From an uncultured delta proteobacterium (lineage in GTDB: Bacteria; Desulfobacterota; Desulfomonilia; UBA1062): a stretch of DNA of 64,000 bases. Position 1 is the stretch's first letter. Every line of letters starts with the position of its first letter. Below are positions 19,772-30,693 of this stretch, in pieces. The translations under genes were made by a program, and so were the position numbers. The stretch covers positions 1 to 64,000 of the forward strand of contig CAWAUM010000001.1 in the NCBI GenBank assembly GCA_963785235.1. Direction: 5' to 3'. Below the pieces are notes generated by a model, which worked only from the letters and a program-made list of their open reading frames with translations, had not been told where the DNA came from and ran no database searches.

Positions 19772-21557
19772 CGAGCGGGATGAAAGGATTGAAACGGACA
19801 CATTACTGCGGCGAGATCAACCACGTTTCAGAAGGTACATCCGTGACACTGTTCGGATGGGTCCAGCGCAGGAGGGACTTAGGCGGGCTCATATTCCTCG
19901 ACATACGCGACCGCACCGGTATTGCCCAGGTGGTCTGCAATCCGGAAGACCAGCCCAAGGCCCACGCCGTAGCCCACACCCTAAGGCCCGAATACTGCAT
20001 CGCCATTACAGGGAGAGCTGCTCCGGCGGCCTGAAGAGATGCGGAATCCTGCCATGTCCACAGGAGATGTGGAGATAACGGCCCATGAGGTGGTGGTGTT
20101 CAACGAGGCCCTGACCCCGCCCTTTATCCTTGAAGACGGGGCCGAGGTCAACGATACCTTGAGACTCAAACATCGCTACCTTGACCTGCGCAGGGCCACC
20201 CTGCAGCAGAATATGCTCCTGAGGCACAAGGCCACATCTGCGGTCAGGCGGTATATGGACCAGCACGGCTTTATCGACGTGGAAACCCCTGTGCTGACCA
20301 AGAGCACACCCGAGGGTGCGCGAGACTACCTCGTTCCCAGCAGGATCTTCCCGGGCAGGTGCTATGCCCTGCCCCAATCGCCCCAGCTCTTCAAGCAGCT
20401 CCTCATGGTTTCGGGCTTTGACCGCTATTACCAGATTGTCAAATGTTTCCGCGATGAGGACCTGCGCGCTGACCGGCAGCCGGAATTCACCCAGATCGAT
20501 ATCGAGATGTCCTTTGTGGGCATGGATGACGTCCTCGACATAACCGAGGGCATGATAGCCGAGCTTTTCAAAGAGACCAAAGGACTCGAACTGAAGCGGC
20601 CCTTTCCAAGGCTCACCTATAGCCAGGCCATGGACGAGTACGGCAATGACAGGCCCGACACACGCTTCGGCATGAAGCTCGTCGATGTCTCGGATATTGC
20701 AGCCACAACCGATTTCCGCGTTTTCACCGACACGGTTGCGCTCGGTGGGGCGGTCAAGGCCATCGCGGTCAAGGGCCCGCATAATCTCAGCAGAAAGGAC
20801 CTGGACTCATTGCTAGCCCGCCATTTCGGATTATGGCGCCAAGGGGGTGCTCTGGGCCCGCCTGGATGCGGATGGATGGAAGTCCACCCTGACGAAATTC
20901 TTCAAGGAAGGCCAGTTGGCCGGCATAGCACAGAGGCTCGATATGGCTCCCGGTGATGTGGCGTTGTTCATTGCAGACAAGAAGAATGTGGTAAATGCAA
21001 GCTTGTCTGCCCTGAGGCTGCATATGGCCGAACGCCTGAAGCTCATAGAGCCTGATACCTATAGTGCCCTGTGGGTTACGGACTTCCCGTTGTTCGAATG
21101 GAACGAGGAGCAGGGCAGGCTGCTGTCGGTCCATCACCCCTTCACCTCGCCGGCCTTGGAAGACATCCCCCTGATGGATACCGACCCTGCCAAGGTCAAG
21201 GCCTTGGCTTACGACATGGTCATCAACGGCAGCGAGGTGGGCGGAGGCAGCATCAGAATCCATTCCCGGGATCTCCAGCAAAAGATCTTCAAGGCCATCG
21301 GGATGAGTGATGAAGAGGCCAGGATAAAGTTCGGGTTCCTGCTGGAGGCACTCCAGTACGGCGCACCGCCCCACGGAGGGCTCGCCTTCGGGCTCGACAG
21401 GCTCATCATGCTGCTTGCCGGCACAACGAGCATCCGCGATGTCATTGCCTTCCCCAAGACACAAAAGGCCTTCTGCACCATGACAGAGGCCCCTTCGGAC
21501 GTCGATCCCAAGCAGCTCTTTGAGCTCGGCCTGAAGATAATAGAGGGAAAAAAATGA
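19768..21557 (+). CDS. aspS: Aspartyl-tRNA synthetase (frameshifts near 20020 and 20820)
   Basis: [54 protein letters not shown]. Confidence 0.96.
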
Positions 21558-22355
21558 GGAGATACTGCAGCGTGTGTTTCCTGGTGCTGTTTCTCTTCGG
21601 TTGTGCCACGACCAAGACCGCACAGGAAGGATCAGAGCCCAACCCTAAACAGGAAGCCATGAAGTTGCTGGCCAACGACCTGAGGCAGGGCCTTGAGGCG
21701 CTGGACCACAAAGATGACGTAAAGGCCTCAGAGGCGTTCATCAAGGCATTCAGGGCGCTTTCGAGCCTTTGATGATGAAGGAAAGGCCGTTGTTGAGGCT
21801 GCATCTGAAAATCTCAAGAAGGTCGTAGATATCTCGGGGTTCGAGTATGCAAAAAAGGAATCATTCTCTCTGCTGCTCCTTTACCAGGATATGCTCAAGG
21901 CTTACATGGATAACGATGCGAAAACCCTGCATTCGCTTGCACTGAGCTTCAACGCCGCCTATCAGGACGTTCAGAGCAAGACGGCCGAAGAAAAGCAGAA
22001 ACGTATCGTTGAGCTCGACACCGAGATAACCCAGAAACGCGATGAGATCCAGAAGAGCTCAGAACCTGCATTGCCGGACACCTACCCGACCATCTACGTG
22101 GTGAAAAAAGGTGATACCCTGCCGAGCATTGCCTCCAAGTATGAGATCTACAACGATTCTTACATGTGGCCGCTCATATACAAGGCGAATCGCGACCAGA
22201 TCAAGGACCCCAAGGTGCTCTATGCAGGCCAGGACCTGAAGATCCCCAGGGAGATGGCCACCGAAGAGATCATTGAGGCCCGCAGGGAGGCAGGCGCACC
22301 GGAGCCGGAGAAGATACCCAAAGACGCATACACTCCCAAAGGGAAGAAGAAATAA
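21554..22355 (+). CDS. LysM-domain lipoprotein (frameshift near 21770)
   Basis: Lipobox LFGC; [13 protein letters not shown]...[27 protein letters not shown]. Confidence 0.85.
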
Positions 22356-22356
22356 T

Positions 22357-24271
22357 ATGGCCAGATGGGACCCGGAAAAGAGGGTTTTTTACTACACCCC
22401 TGGGAAGAACTTTGAATCAGGCATCCAGGAGATCGAGCGCGGCAACTACTACCGCTCCATCTTCAACTATGACGAAATTCCGAAAATAGACTTTGATATG
22501 CGGCTGATTCCCATCCAGCCCGCAGAAGACATCTTCATCACCGACACCACCTTCAGGGACGGACAGCAATCCATGCCGCCTTTTTCCGTGGAGCAGATCG
22601 AGCGCATCTTTGATTTCCTGCACCGCATCGGCGGGGATTCCGGACTCATCAGGGGCAGCGAGTTCTTCCTCTACTCCAAAAAAGGACAAGGCCGCCGCAG
22701 AGGCCTGCCTTGCCAAGGGGTATAATTTTCCAAAGGTGACCTCATGGATCCGCGCCCACAAAGACGACCTGAAGCTCGTGCGCGAATTCGGTTTGGATGA
22801 AACCGGCATCCTCACCTCGGTTTCCGATTACCACATCTATCTCAAGCTCGGGTGGTCGCGCCGCAAGGCACTGAATGACTACCTCGCCATCGTCAAGGAG
22901 GCATTGAGCCAGGGCATCATTCCCAGGTGCCATTTTGAAGATGTGACCAGGGCCGATATATACGGATTCTGCATCCCCTTTGCCCGGGAGCTCATGAAGC
23001 TCAGGGAAGAATCAGGTATCGACGTGAAAATAAGGCTCTGTGACACCATGGGTTATGGTGTTTCCTTTCCCGGGGCCGCGCTACCCAGGGCTGTGGACAA
23101 ACTGGTCCGCGCCTTCATCGACGATGCCGGGGTGCCGGGGCACCTGCTGGAGTGGCACGGTCATAATGACTTTCATAAGGTGGTGGCAAACGCCACCACG
23201 GCCTGGCTCTATGGGTGCGGTTCGGTCAACTGCGCCATCTTGGGGTTCGGCGAGCGAACGGGCAACACCCCCATGGAGGCCATGGTCTTTGAGTACCTTT
23301 CATTGCGGGGTAACGACGAGAGCATTGACACCAGGGCAATCACCGAACTCGCCGAGTATGTGAACACGGAGATCAATTACCATATCCCGGGCAACTACCC
23401 CTTTGTGGGCAAGAACTTCAACGTGACCAGGGCGGGCATCCATGCGGACGGCCTGGTGAAGAACGAGGAGATCTACAACATCTTCAACACGGACAAATTC
23501 CTGAACCGGCCCATCGAGATCGCCATCACCGACAAGTCCGGCAAGGCGGGCATCGCACACTGGGTGAATTCCAATTTCAAGCTTGAGGATTCCAATAGGA
23601 TCGACAAGCGCCATCCCGGCATCAACCGGATGTACCAGCAGATCGTCAGGGATTTCGAGGACGGACGCAACACCTCCATGACGGACGAGGAGCTGGAGAA
23701 ACTCGCCATGCGCTTCATCCCCCACCTCTTCCTGTCGGGCTTCGACCTCATCAAGTATGAGGCCCAGGAGTATGCCAGCCAGCTCATGGAGAAGCTCCTG
23801 GAAAACGAAGATATGAAGAGCATGAAGCCCAAGAAGCAGGAGCCGGTCATCACCGAATTCATCAAGGAATATCCCTTTGTGCAGTTTGCCTATGTCACGG
23901 ATATGCTCGGGATCAAGATAACCAAGAATATCACCCAGCCCGAGTATCGCGGCCAGTTCATGCACAAGATGAAGGAAAATGAAGACTGCTCGGATCGGGA
24001 GTGGTTCATCAGGACCGTGGAGACGGGCAGGCTCCAGGTGAGCTCTGTCACCACGTCGCGCATCACCGGGGCGCTCATCATCACGGTCTCAGCCCCTGTT
24101 TTGAATGACAAGGAAGACATGGTGGGGGTACTGGGTCTGGACATCAGGTTCGAGGACATGGTCAAGGCCATCCAGAGCATGTACGAGGCCAGGGGCACGA
24201 GCATGAGCCCCAAAGACCTTCAGCACTACCAGCGGCTGCTCTGGGAGGAGCTGCACAGAAATTCGTTCTAA
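22357..24271 (+). CDS. DRE-TIM (LeuA/HMGL-like) enzyme, probable Re-citrate synthase, with C-terminal Cache/PDC-like domain (frameshift near 22680)
   Basis: [56 protein letters not shown]; C-terminal SDREWF...[15 protein letters not shown]...VGVLGLDI; directly upstream of icd. Confidence 0.78.
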
Positions 24272-24285
24272 GAGAAAGGACTGCA

Positions 24286-25501
24286 ATGGAAGGAACCAGG
24301 ATAACGTATCAGAAAGGAAAGCTTAACGTCCCTCATGACCCTATCATCCCCTTCATCGAAGGTGATGGCGTTGGGCCTGACATCTGGGCTGCTTCGCAGA
24401 TGGTCTTTGATGCAGCGATAAAAAAGGCCTACCACGGCAAACGAAGAATAATCTGGAAAGAGATCTATGCAGGCGAAAAGGCCAATGCCAAGTTCGGCAC
24501 CTACCTGCCGGATGAGACCATAGCGGCATTTAAAGAGTACCTCGTGGGCATCAAGGGCCCCCTGACCACGCCCGTGGGCGGCGGCATCCGCAGCCTGAAC
24601 GTGGCGCTTCGCCAGATACTCGACCTCTTTGCCTGCATACGCCCGGTGAAATACTACGCGGGCACCCCGGCCCCGGTGAAACGGCCCGAGCTTGTGGACA
24701 TCGTTGTGTTCCGTGAGAACACCGAAGACCTCTATGCAGGCATCGAGTGGTCAAAGGGCAGCGCCGAGGTGTTGAAGGTCATCTCCTTCCTGAACGATCA
24801 GATGGGCACTCACATATCCGACGACTCGGGCATCGGCATCAAGCCCATATCCGTGCACGGCACCAAGCGGCTGGTGCGCATGGCCATCGAGTATGCCATC
24901 AGTCATGGCAAGAAGACCGTGACGCTCGTGCACAAGGGCAACATCATGAAGTTCACCGAAGGCGCATTCCGGGACTGGGGCTATGAGCTGGCCAAAGAGG
25001 AGTTCGGAGATGTGACGGTGAGCGAGGCCGACCTCAACAAGAAATATGAGGGCAAGCTGCCCGAGGGAAAGATCCTCATCAACGACCGCATCGCGGATTC
25101 CATGTTCCAGCAGGTGCTCCTGAGGCCTGGGGAGTACGAGGTGCTCGCCGTACCCAACCTCATCGGCGACTTCATCTCGGATGCCCTGGCCGCCCAGGTG
25201 GGCGGGCTCGGCATGGCGCCGGGTGCGAACATCGGCATCCCCTTTGCGGTTTTCGAGGCCACCCACGGCACGGCGCCCAAGTACGCAGGCCAGGACAAGA
25301 TCAACCCCGGCTCGCTCATATTATCGGGCGCCATGATGCTCGAACACCTCGGCTGGACCGAGGCTGCCGAGCTCATCCGCAAGGGCATTGCCAAGGCCAT
25401 CTCGGATAAGCAGGTCACCTACGACCTGGAGCGGCAGATGGAAGGGGCGACACTGCTTGAAGTGCTCGGAGTTCGGCAAGGCCATCATCGAGAGGATGTA
25501 A
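24286..25501 (+). CDS. icd: Isocitrate dehydrogenase (NADP) (frameshift near 25458; true stop about 25501)
   Basis: [50 protein letters not shown]. Confidence 0.95.
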
Positions 25502-25510
25502 CGGTAATAA

Positions 25511-25540
25511 TGGGCGGTGGACATGCCCGCCCAGGCTTTC
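25511..25540 (+). terminator. Possible terminator hairpin after icd
   Basis: TGGGCGG...CCGCCCA followed by a weak U-tract. Confidence 0.45.
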
Positions 25541-25554
25541 AATATATACTCGTC

Positions 25555-25582
25555 GTCATTCCTGCGAAGGCTTCGAATCCAG
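25555..25582. repeat. Degenerate GTCATTCCCGCGAAGGCGGGAATCCAG-type intergenic palindromic repeat
   Basis: GTCATTCCTGCGAAGGCTTCGAATCCAG. Confidence 0.5.
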
Positions 25583-25793
25583 TTATTCATCTATGGTTCA
25601 CATAGATTTCAGAGGAGGCTGTCGAAAAATTCCAGTAAGCTCTAAAACTATCAAATTCGGACCATCAAAACACGAGCCCGCTCTCTTTAATATTAGATTG
25701 CAGATTTCAGTGTCGGCTTGACTTATCATGACCTGACAGTTAAATCATAAGAATCCTTTTAAGAGTTATATCTCCCCATGAAGGAGTCAGATT

Positions 25794-26384
25794 ATGCGTC
25801 ATCCTGTATACGTACAACCTATGATCATTTTCATGTGCCTTTTCCTGGTTCTTGGGTGCTCGAAGAAAGAAGAACCCATCCAGACTCCGGTGCCAGCACC
25901 AGTACAAAAGGCTGTTCCTGCGCCCATGGATACTGCCCAAGAATCCCAACTCGGCAAGGCCATGGCAATCCATAAGGATTTTGTTAAGGCCTTTTCCGAA
26001 ACACTGGGCAAAGAAGACACGGCGGATATACTCCGATCCAGGATAGACCTGGTGGACAAGACCCGCATTTCCTGCATGATGCTCAGGCCGGACATACATG
26101 ATCCAGTAGCGGCGGACTTTCTCATCAGATTCTCAGATGACCTTCAGAAATATCTGGATCTCGCGAATAAGCACCTTGCCACCTTTGAAGAGGCAGCAAG
26201 ACAATATGCTTCCGGCAAGGAATTCGAAGCAAACCTGCCCAGGGTACCCGAGAAAGAGAAGGGACAGGCCACAGAGAAGCTCAATTCTCTCATAGCGAAA
26301 CATAACGAACTCGTGCAGGGCCCTTTGAAGAAGGAACGGGACGAGCTCAACAGGCTGGGAGATGAGCTGTTGAGATTCAAATAG
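25794..26384 (+). CDS. Hypothetical helical lipoprotein
   Basis: SD AAGGAG; lipobox VLGC; Pro-rich linker. Confidence 0.7.
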   Translation: MRHPVYVQPMIIFMCLFLVLGCSKKEEPIQTPVPAPVQKAVPAPMDTAQESQLGKAMAIHKDFVKAFSETLGKEDTADILRSRIDLVDKTRISCMMLRPDIHDPVAADFLIRFSDDLQKYLDLANKHLATFEEAARQYASGKEFEANLPRVPEKEKGQATEKLNSLIAKHNELVQGPLKKERDELNRLGDELLRFK

Positions 26385-26461
26385 CCAACTCGCTTCGAGC
26401 AAGACAAAACCCCGAAAATTTGACCAGGGGCCTCACTGTGCTCGCTCCCAGCAGAAAAGCT

Positions 26462-26677
26462 TTATACGCTTTTCTTCTTGCCCAGCAAAAACCCGAAGGC
26501 CAGCCCGAGGAGAAAAGTACCTGACACAACGATCCACTTGGGTGCGGTGAAGAGCGTCCAGATGAGGAACTGGAAGGAGGTCTGCTCAAAGTTCTGGAGG
26601 ATGAAGATGAAGCCGAATACTACAGCTACGGCGATGCCGATAAGCTTGGAATTGTCTCCCAGGGCCTTCAGTCCCAT
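26462..26677 (-). CDS. LapA/DUF1049-family small membrane protein
   Basis: FIFILQN...FQFLIW...P...LLGLAFGFLL. Confidence 0.75.
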   Translation of the reverse strand: MGLKALGDNSKLIGIAVAVVFGFIFILQNFEQTSFQFLIWTLFTAPKWIVVSGTFLLGLAFGFLLGKKKSV

Positions 26678-26805
26678 CCTTCTCTCTCCATATTATTTCT
26701 CCGCAGATAATTGCATGTACTGGGCTTTTGTGTCAACAGCCATGTGGGTCATGAGAAAGAGGCGCTCAATTGCCACACCCATAACGCATGTGGTAGGATG
26801 AGGCC

Positions 26806-28563
26806 ATGCAGCATGAACTCATCATAACAAAAAAAGATCTGAGTATTGTGGATGCAACCCCGGGGTGCCGAGTTTTCATGCAAGAGGGTGCCCTGAAGAA
26901 GAACCGGAATCTCTTTGAGCATGTCCCTGTCCTTCAAACCATCCTCAGCCCGGAAGCCCTTAAGGAAGGAGGGGTGTTTGAGGGTATTACACTCGGTACC
27001 GGGAACTATGCTGTCCAGATCATTCCCACAGGGAAGCACATTACCTTCCTGTTTCGGCTTGACCACGGCTCTTCGTCCAATCCTTCCGCCTTGAGCGAAA
27101 TTTCTGAGCTCAGGGAGCGTACCGTGCTTCTGGAGACCATCATCGAGGAGGCGCCAATCGGTTTGATCCTCTGTAATGAGGATGGAAACATCTTATATAT
27201 GAACAAGAAACAGGAGGAGAATTCCCGCAAGAAGCGCTGGCAGCTCATCGACCACGATATCAGGGATATCTACCGGAAGACTTTCGAGTATCCCCAGATA
27301 ACTGAATTCTTTGACAGGGTCATGAACAGCACAGCCCCCTATAAGGCGCTGATTCTCGATCATTACTATCCGCAGTTCTACAAGCGGGATATTGTCATCA
27401 AGTTCTTGGCAAGCAGGCTCAAGGTTCATAAAAAGATCGCCATTTTTGTTGAGATCGAAGACGAGCTCTACCGCGAGAAACGTAAATCCGAAAAGGCCGG
27501 GGAAGAGCTGAGGATGTCCCAGAGCTATATGGCCCAGCTGCTCGATTCGTCGCCCAACATGGTCATATCCGTGGACGAAAAGCGCAGGGTCGTCAGCTTT
27601 AACAAGACCGCCGAACGCCTGTTGGGTTTCAAGGCGGGCGAGGTCTATAATTCCCCGGTGGACAGATTCTTCCCCAAGGAAGAGCTCCCCAAGCTCGATC
27701 TGGCCGTCTCCTCCCAGGTTCTCTGGTACGGTACAATCCACATATACCGCTCGGACAAGTCCAGCTTCCCCATCGAGCTCTACAGCACCAAGGTAAAAGA
27801 CGAAAGGACCGGTAAAGATATTGCAACCCTGCTCCTTGCCGTGGACATCGAGGAGAGGAACAATTTGAGGAAAAACCTTATCCAGTCTCAGAAGATGAAC
27901 TTCATCGGAGAGCTCGTAAGCGGCCTTGCCCACCAGATCAACAACCCGTTGGTGGGGGTGATCAACATTGCGGACGTGCTGCTGCAGAAGATCGACGTTG
28001 ATGATGAGAAATATTCCTACGTCAGGATGATAAGGGAGGCGGGAGAAAGCTGCAAGGATGTGATCTCCCGGTTACTCAGGTTTTCCAGGAGGCAAGAGGG
28101 CATCCCGCAGGCAGACATGGACATCAGGAACGTACTTGATGCAGGTATAGAAATGCTTATGAAGCACCCCAAGCTCAAAGGGGTGAAGGTGGAACGGAGC
28201 TACCACGACGTCCCTGTCATCCGCGGCGACCCGGTGCTTCTCCAGCAGGCCTTCATGAACATGCTCATCAACAGCGGCCAGGCCCTTTCCGGCAGCGGCG
28301 TCATCAGGGTCAGGTGCGGGCCCGACCACACGCGGGGCAGCCAGATCGTGGTGGCCATCGCCGATACGGGGTGCGGGATCCCGGAGGAGGACATCCCCAG
28401 GGTGTTCGAGCCCTTTTTCAGCACCAAGGATGCTGACGACGGAACGGGTATCGGTCTGAGTCTTGCCTACTGGATCATCCAGGACCATGGCGGAAGGATC
28501 AGCGTAGAAAGCGCCCTCGGCAAGGGCTCTACTTTTACCACCTACCTTCCGGTTACAAGCTGA
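26806..28563 (+). CDS. Cytoplasmic PAS-PAS sensor histidine kinase
   Basis: Two PAS domains; GLAHQINNPL; LQQAFMNMLINS; DTGCGI; FEPFFSTK; GTGIGL. Confidence 0.93.
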   Translation: MQHELIITKKDLSIVDATPGCRVFMQEGALKKNRNLFEHVPVLQTILSPEALKEGGVFEGITLGTGNYAVQIIPTGKHITFLFRLDHGSSSNPSALSEISELRERTVLLETIIEEAPIGLILCNEDGNILYMNKKQEENSRKKRWQLIDHDIRDIYRKTFEYPQITEFFDRVMNSTAPYKALILDHYYPQFYKRDIVIKFLASRLKVHKKIAIFVEIEDELYREKRKSEKAGEELRMSQSYMAQLLDSSPNMVISVDEKRRVVSFNKTAERLLGFKAGEVYNSPVDRFFPKEELPKLDLAVSSQVLWYGTIHIYRSDKSSFPIELYSTKVKDERTGKDIATLLLAVDIEERNNLRKNLIQSQKMNFIGELVSGLAHQINNPLVGVINIADVLLQKIDVDDEKYSYVRMIREAGESCKDVISRLLRFSRRQEGIPQADMDIRNVLDAGIEMLMKHPKLKGVKVERSYHDVPVIRGDPVLLQQAFMNMLINSGQALSGSGVIRVRCGPDHTRGSQIVVAIADTGCGIPEEDIPRVFEPFFSTKDADDGTGIGLSLAYWIIQDHGGRISVESALGKGSTFTTYLPVTS

Positions 28564-28570
28564 GGACGAT

Positions 28571-29938
28571 ATGGAACAAGAGCTGCCCAAGATACTCGTG
28601 GTGGACGACGAAGAGTACACACGGGTTTACTTCAAGGGGATCCTCTCACAGGAAGACTACCAAGTGAGCTTTGCCAGGGACGGCAGTGAGGCCCTTCAGA
28701 GATGGTCCAGCGAGGCCTTCGACCTCATCATCATGGATATCCGCATGCCCGGCATCGACGGTATGGAGGCCTTAAAACGCATCAGGGTCATGGACATGGA
28801 CACCATGATCATCATGATCTCCGCCTATGGCGACATGGACTCGGTCATTGATGCCATGAGACTGGGCGCCAACGATTTTTTTGCCAAACCCTTCAGCAGC
28901 ATCGACAAGATCAAGCTGGATATCAAAAACTGCCTTGAGCGGCGAAGGCTCCTGCGCGAGAACGAGAGACTCAAAGAACAGATCGGCTCAGGCCTTGGCA
29001 AGCACACCATGGTTTATGCCTGCAAGGCAATGGAGACCGTGATCGAACAGGCAACGCGCGTCGCACGCCTGGAACTCCCGGTGCTTATCCTGGGTGAGAG
29101 CGGGACGGGCAAGGAGGTGATCGCCCGGTATATCCATGCCCAGAGTGCCCGAGCAGAGGCACCGTTCTTCGCGGTCAACTGCGGGGCCTTGAGCGAAACC
29201 CTTTTAGAGCCCACCCTGTTCGGTCATGAGAAGGGGGCGTTCACCGGAGCGAATGCAACGACCCGCGGATACTTCGAGGCGGCAAGAGGGGGGGTCATCT
29301 TTCTGGATGAAATCGGTGAGACCTCGCCATCTTTCCAGGTAAAGCTGCTCCGCGTGCTCCAGGAATGCGAGATCATGCGGGTCGGCGGGACAAAACCCAT
29401 CAAGGTGGACTTCAGACTTATCTCCGCCACGAATACGGATATTTCAAGCCTGGTCAAGAGCGGTGTCTTCAGGAAAGACCTCCTGTACCGCATCAATGTC
29501 ATCAAGATAGAGGTCCCGCCTTTGCGTGACAGGACCGAAGACATCCCGCTGCTGCTGGATCACTTCATGCACCAGGTCTGTGAGCACAATGAAATCAAGA
29601 AAAGGCGGTTTTCACCCGAAGTACTCGGCTGCCTCATGCAACACCCCTGGGAAGGTAATGTAAGAGAATTGCGTAATCTTGTGGAGAGGATGGCCGTCTT
29701 CTCCAAGAGGCAGGTGATCACCTTTGAAGACCTCCCGCTGGAATACCGGTGCATAGGTACGGGCCCGCAGATGGCAGAGGCGCTCCCACTCAACTACGAA
29801 CAGGCAAAGGCCCGATTCGAGTCGAGTTACCTCAAAGGACTGCTCGCCACGGCAGGGGATGATCTCAAGCAGGCATCATCGATGTCCGGTCTCGACCTGT
29901 CCACGCTCTACCGGAAGAAAAACAAGCTTACCACCTAG
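28571..29938 (+). CDS. NtrC-family sigma54-dependent response regulator
   Basis: REC (VVDDE, DIRMPG, KPF), GESGTGKE, GAFTGA, FLDEIGE, WEGNVRELRN, Fis HTH. Confidence 0.95.
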   Translation: MEQELPKILVVDDEEYTRVYFKGILSQEDYQVSFARDGSEALQRWSSEAFDLIIMDIRMPGIDGMEALKRIRVMDMDTMIIMISAYGDMDSVIDAMRLGANDFFAKPFSSIDKIKLDIKNCLERRRLLRENERLKEQIGSGLGKHTMVYACKAMETVIEQATRVARLELPVLILGESGTGKEVIARYIHAQSARAEAPFFAVNCGALSETLLEPTLFGHEKGAFTGANATTRGYFEAARGGVIFLDEIGETSPSFQVKLLRVLQECEIMRVGGTKPIKVDFRLISATNTDISSLVKSGVFRKDLLYRINVIKIEVPPLRDRTEDIPLLLDHFMHQVCEHNEIKKRRFSPEVLGCLMQHPWEGNVRELRNLVERMAVFSKRQVITFEDLPLEYRCIGTGPQMAEALPLNYEQAKARFESSYLKGLLATAGDDLKQASSMSGLDLSTLYRKKNKLTT

Positions 29939-29942
29939 GTCT

Positions 29943-30047
29943 TTTGCACAGGCGCGAAACGTTGGCCGGATCGCGAACCATCCCACTAGACTGATATCAA
30001 TAGAGAAAGCTCTTTTTACAGACAATGTCCTTTGCAAAGATGCGAAT
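29943..30047. promoter_or_regulatory. Two candidate enhancer (UAS) sites
   Basis: TTTGCA-cagg-CGCGAAA (29943) and TTTGCA-aaga-TGCGAAT (30031). Confidence 0.5.
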
Positions 30048-30145
30048 ATTTTCTTCCGGCTAGGTCCCATCATGGCATATGCCCCGGATAGGTGAATCCT
30101 CTCCTCAAGCCGCTATCGGCGAATAATCGTAGCAGGAGCCGGATC

Positions 30146-30161
30146 TGGCACGCCAGTTGCT
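30146..30161 (+). promoter_or_regulatory. Sigma54 promoter
   Basis: TGGCACG-CCAG-TTGCT, a consensus -24/-12 match. Confidence 0.88.
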
Positions 30162-30250
30162 TTGTAGCTGACTGTAATACAATATGCTGACATGTTTTTG
30201 TTGTCGTTCAACATGATGCCGGCACGAATACTCTTAAAGGGGAGGTTACT

Positions 30251-30634
30251 ATGGCGGTTTTCAAGAATACGGAATATCTCTATGAAGTCCTCGGCGGTTT
30301 CTGGAAGGCACTCTCTGAAAGGGACGATTTCAGCCATGCCTTGAAAGAGGCCAATGTCCAGATCAAATACGAGATCACGGACCCCAGCGCCATCATCTGG
30401 GTAGGCCCGGACGGGGTGGAATTCGGAGAGCAGAATCTCAAGGCCGATGTCACCATGCAGCTCGCTGGCGATGTCTGTCACGCCTTCTGGAAGAAGGACC
30501 TGAGCCTGCCGGTGGCGCTTGCCATGCGCAAGATCAAGTCAAAGGGCAACATCGCCAAGGTGATGAAGCTCCTGCCCGTTTTGAAGCCGGCCTATGAGAT
30601 GTACCCGGAGTACATGAAAAAGCACGGTCTCTAG
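30251..30634 (+). CDS. SCP2 (sterol carrier protein 2) domain protein
   Basis: YEITDPSA...ADVTMQLAGDVCHAFW...ALAMRKIKSKGNIAKVMKL. Confidence 0.8.
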   Translation: MAVFKNTEYLYEVLGGFWKALSERDDFSHALKEANVQIKYEITDPSAIIWVGPDGVEFGEQNLKADVTMQLAGDVCHAFWKKDLSLPVALAMRKIKSKGNIAKVMKLLPVLKPAYEMYPEYMKKHGL

Positions 30635-30693
30635 CAGTTCACGATTAACATGCAACCTTAGATTTTCATAACAACAGGAAGTGAGGAGGAGCT

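Noticed and set aside
21770-21778. TGA TGA TGA as selenocysteine codons in the LysM gene
   Set aside because: The downstream coding sequence continues in another frame (GAT GAT GAA), so this is a one-base insertion.
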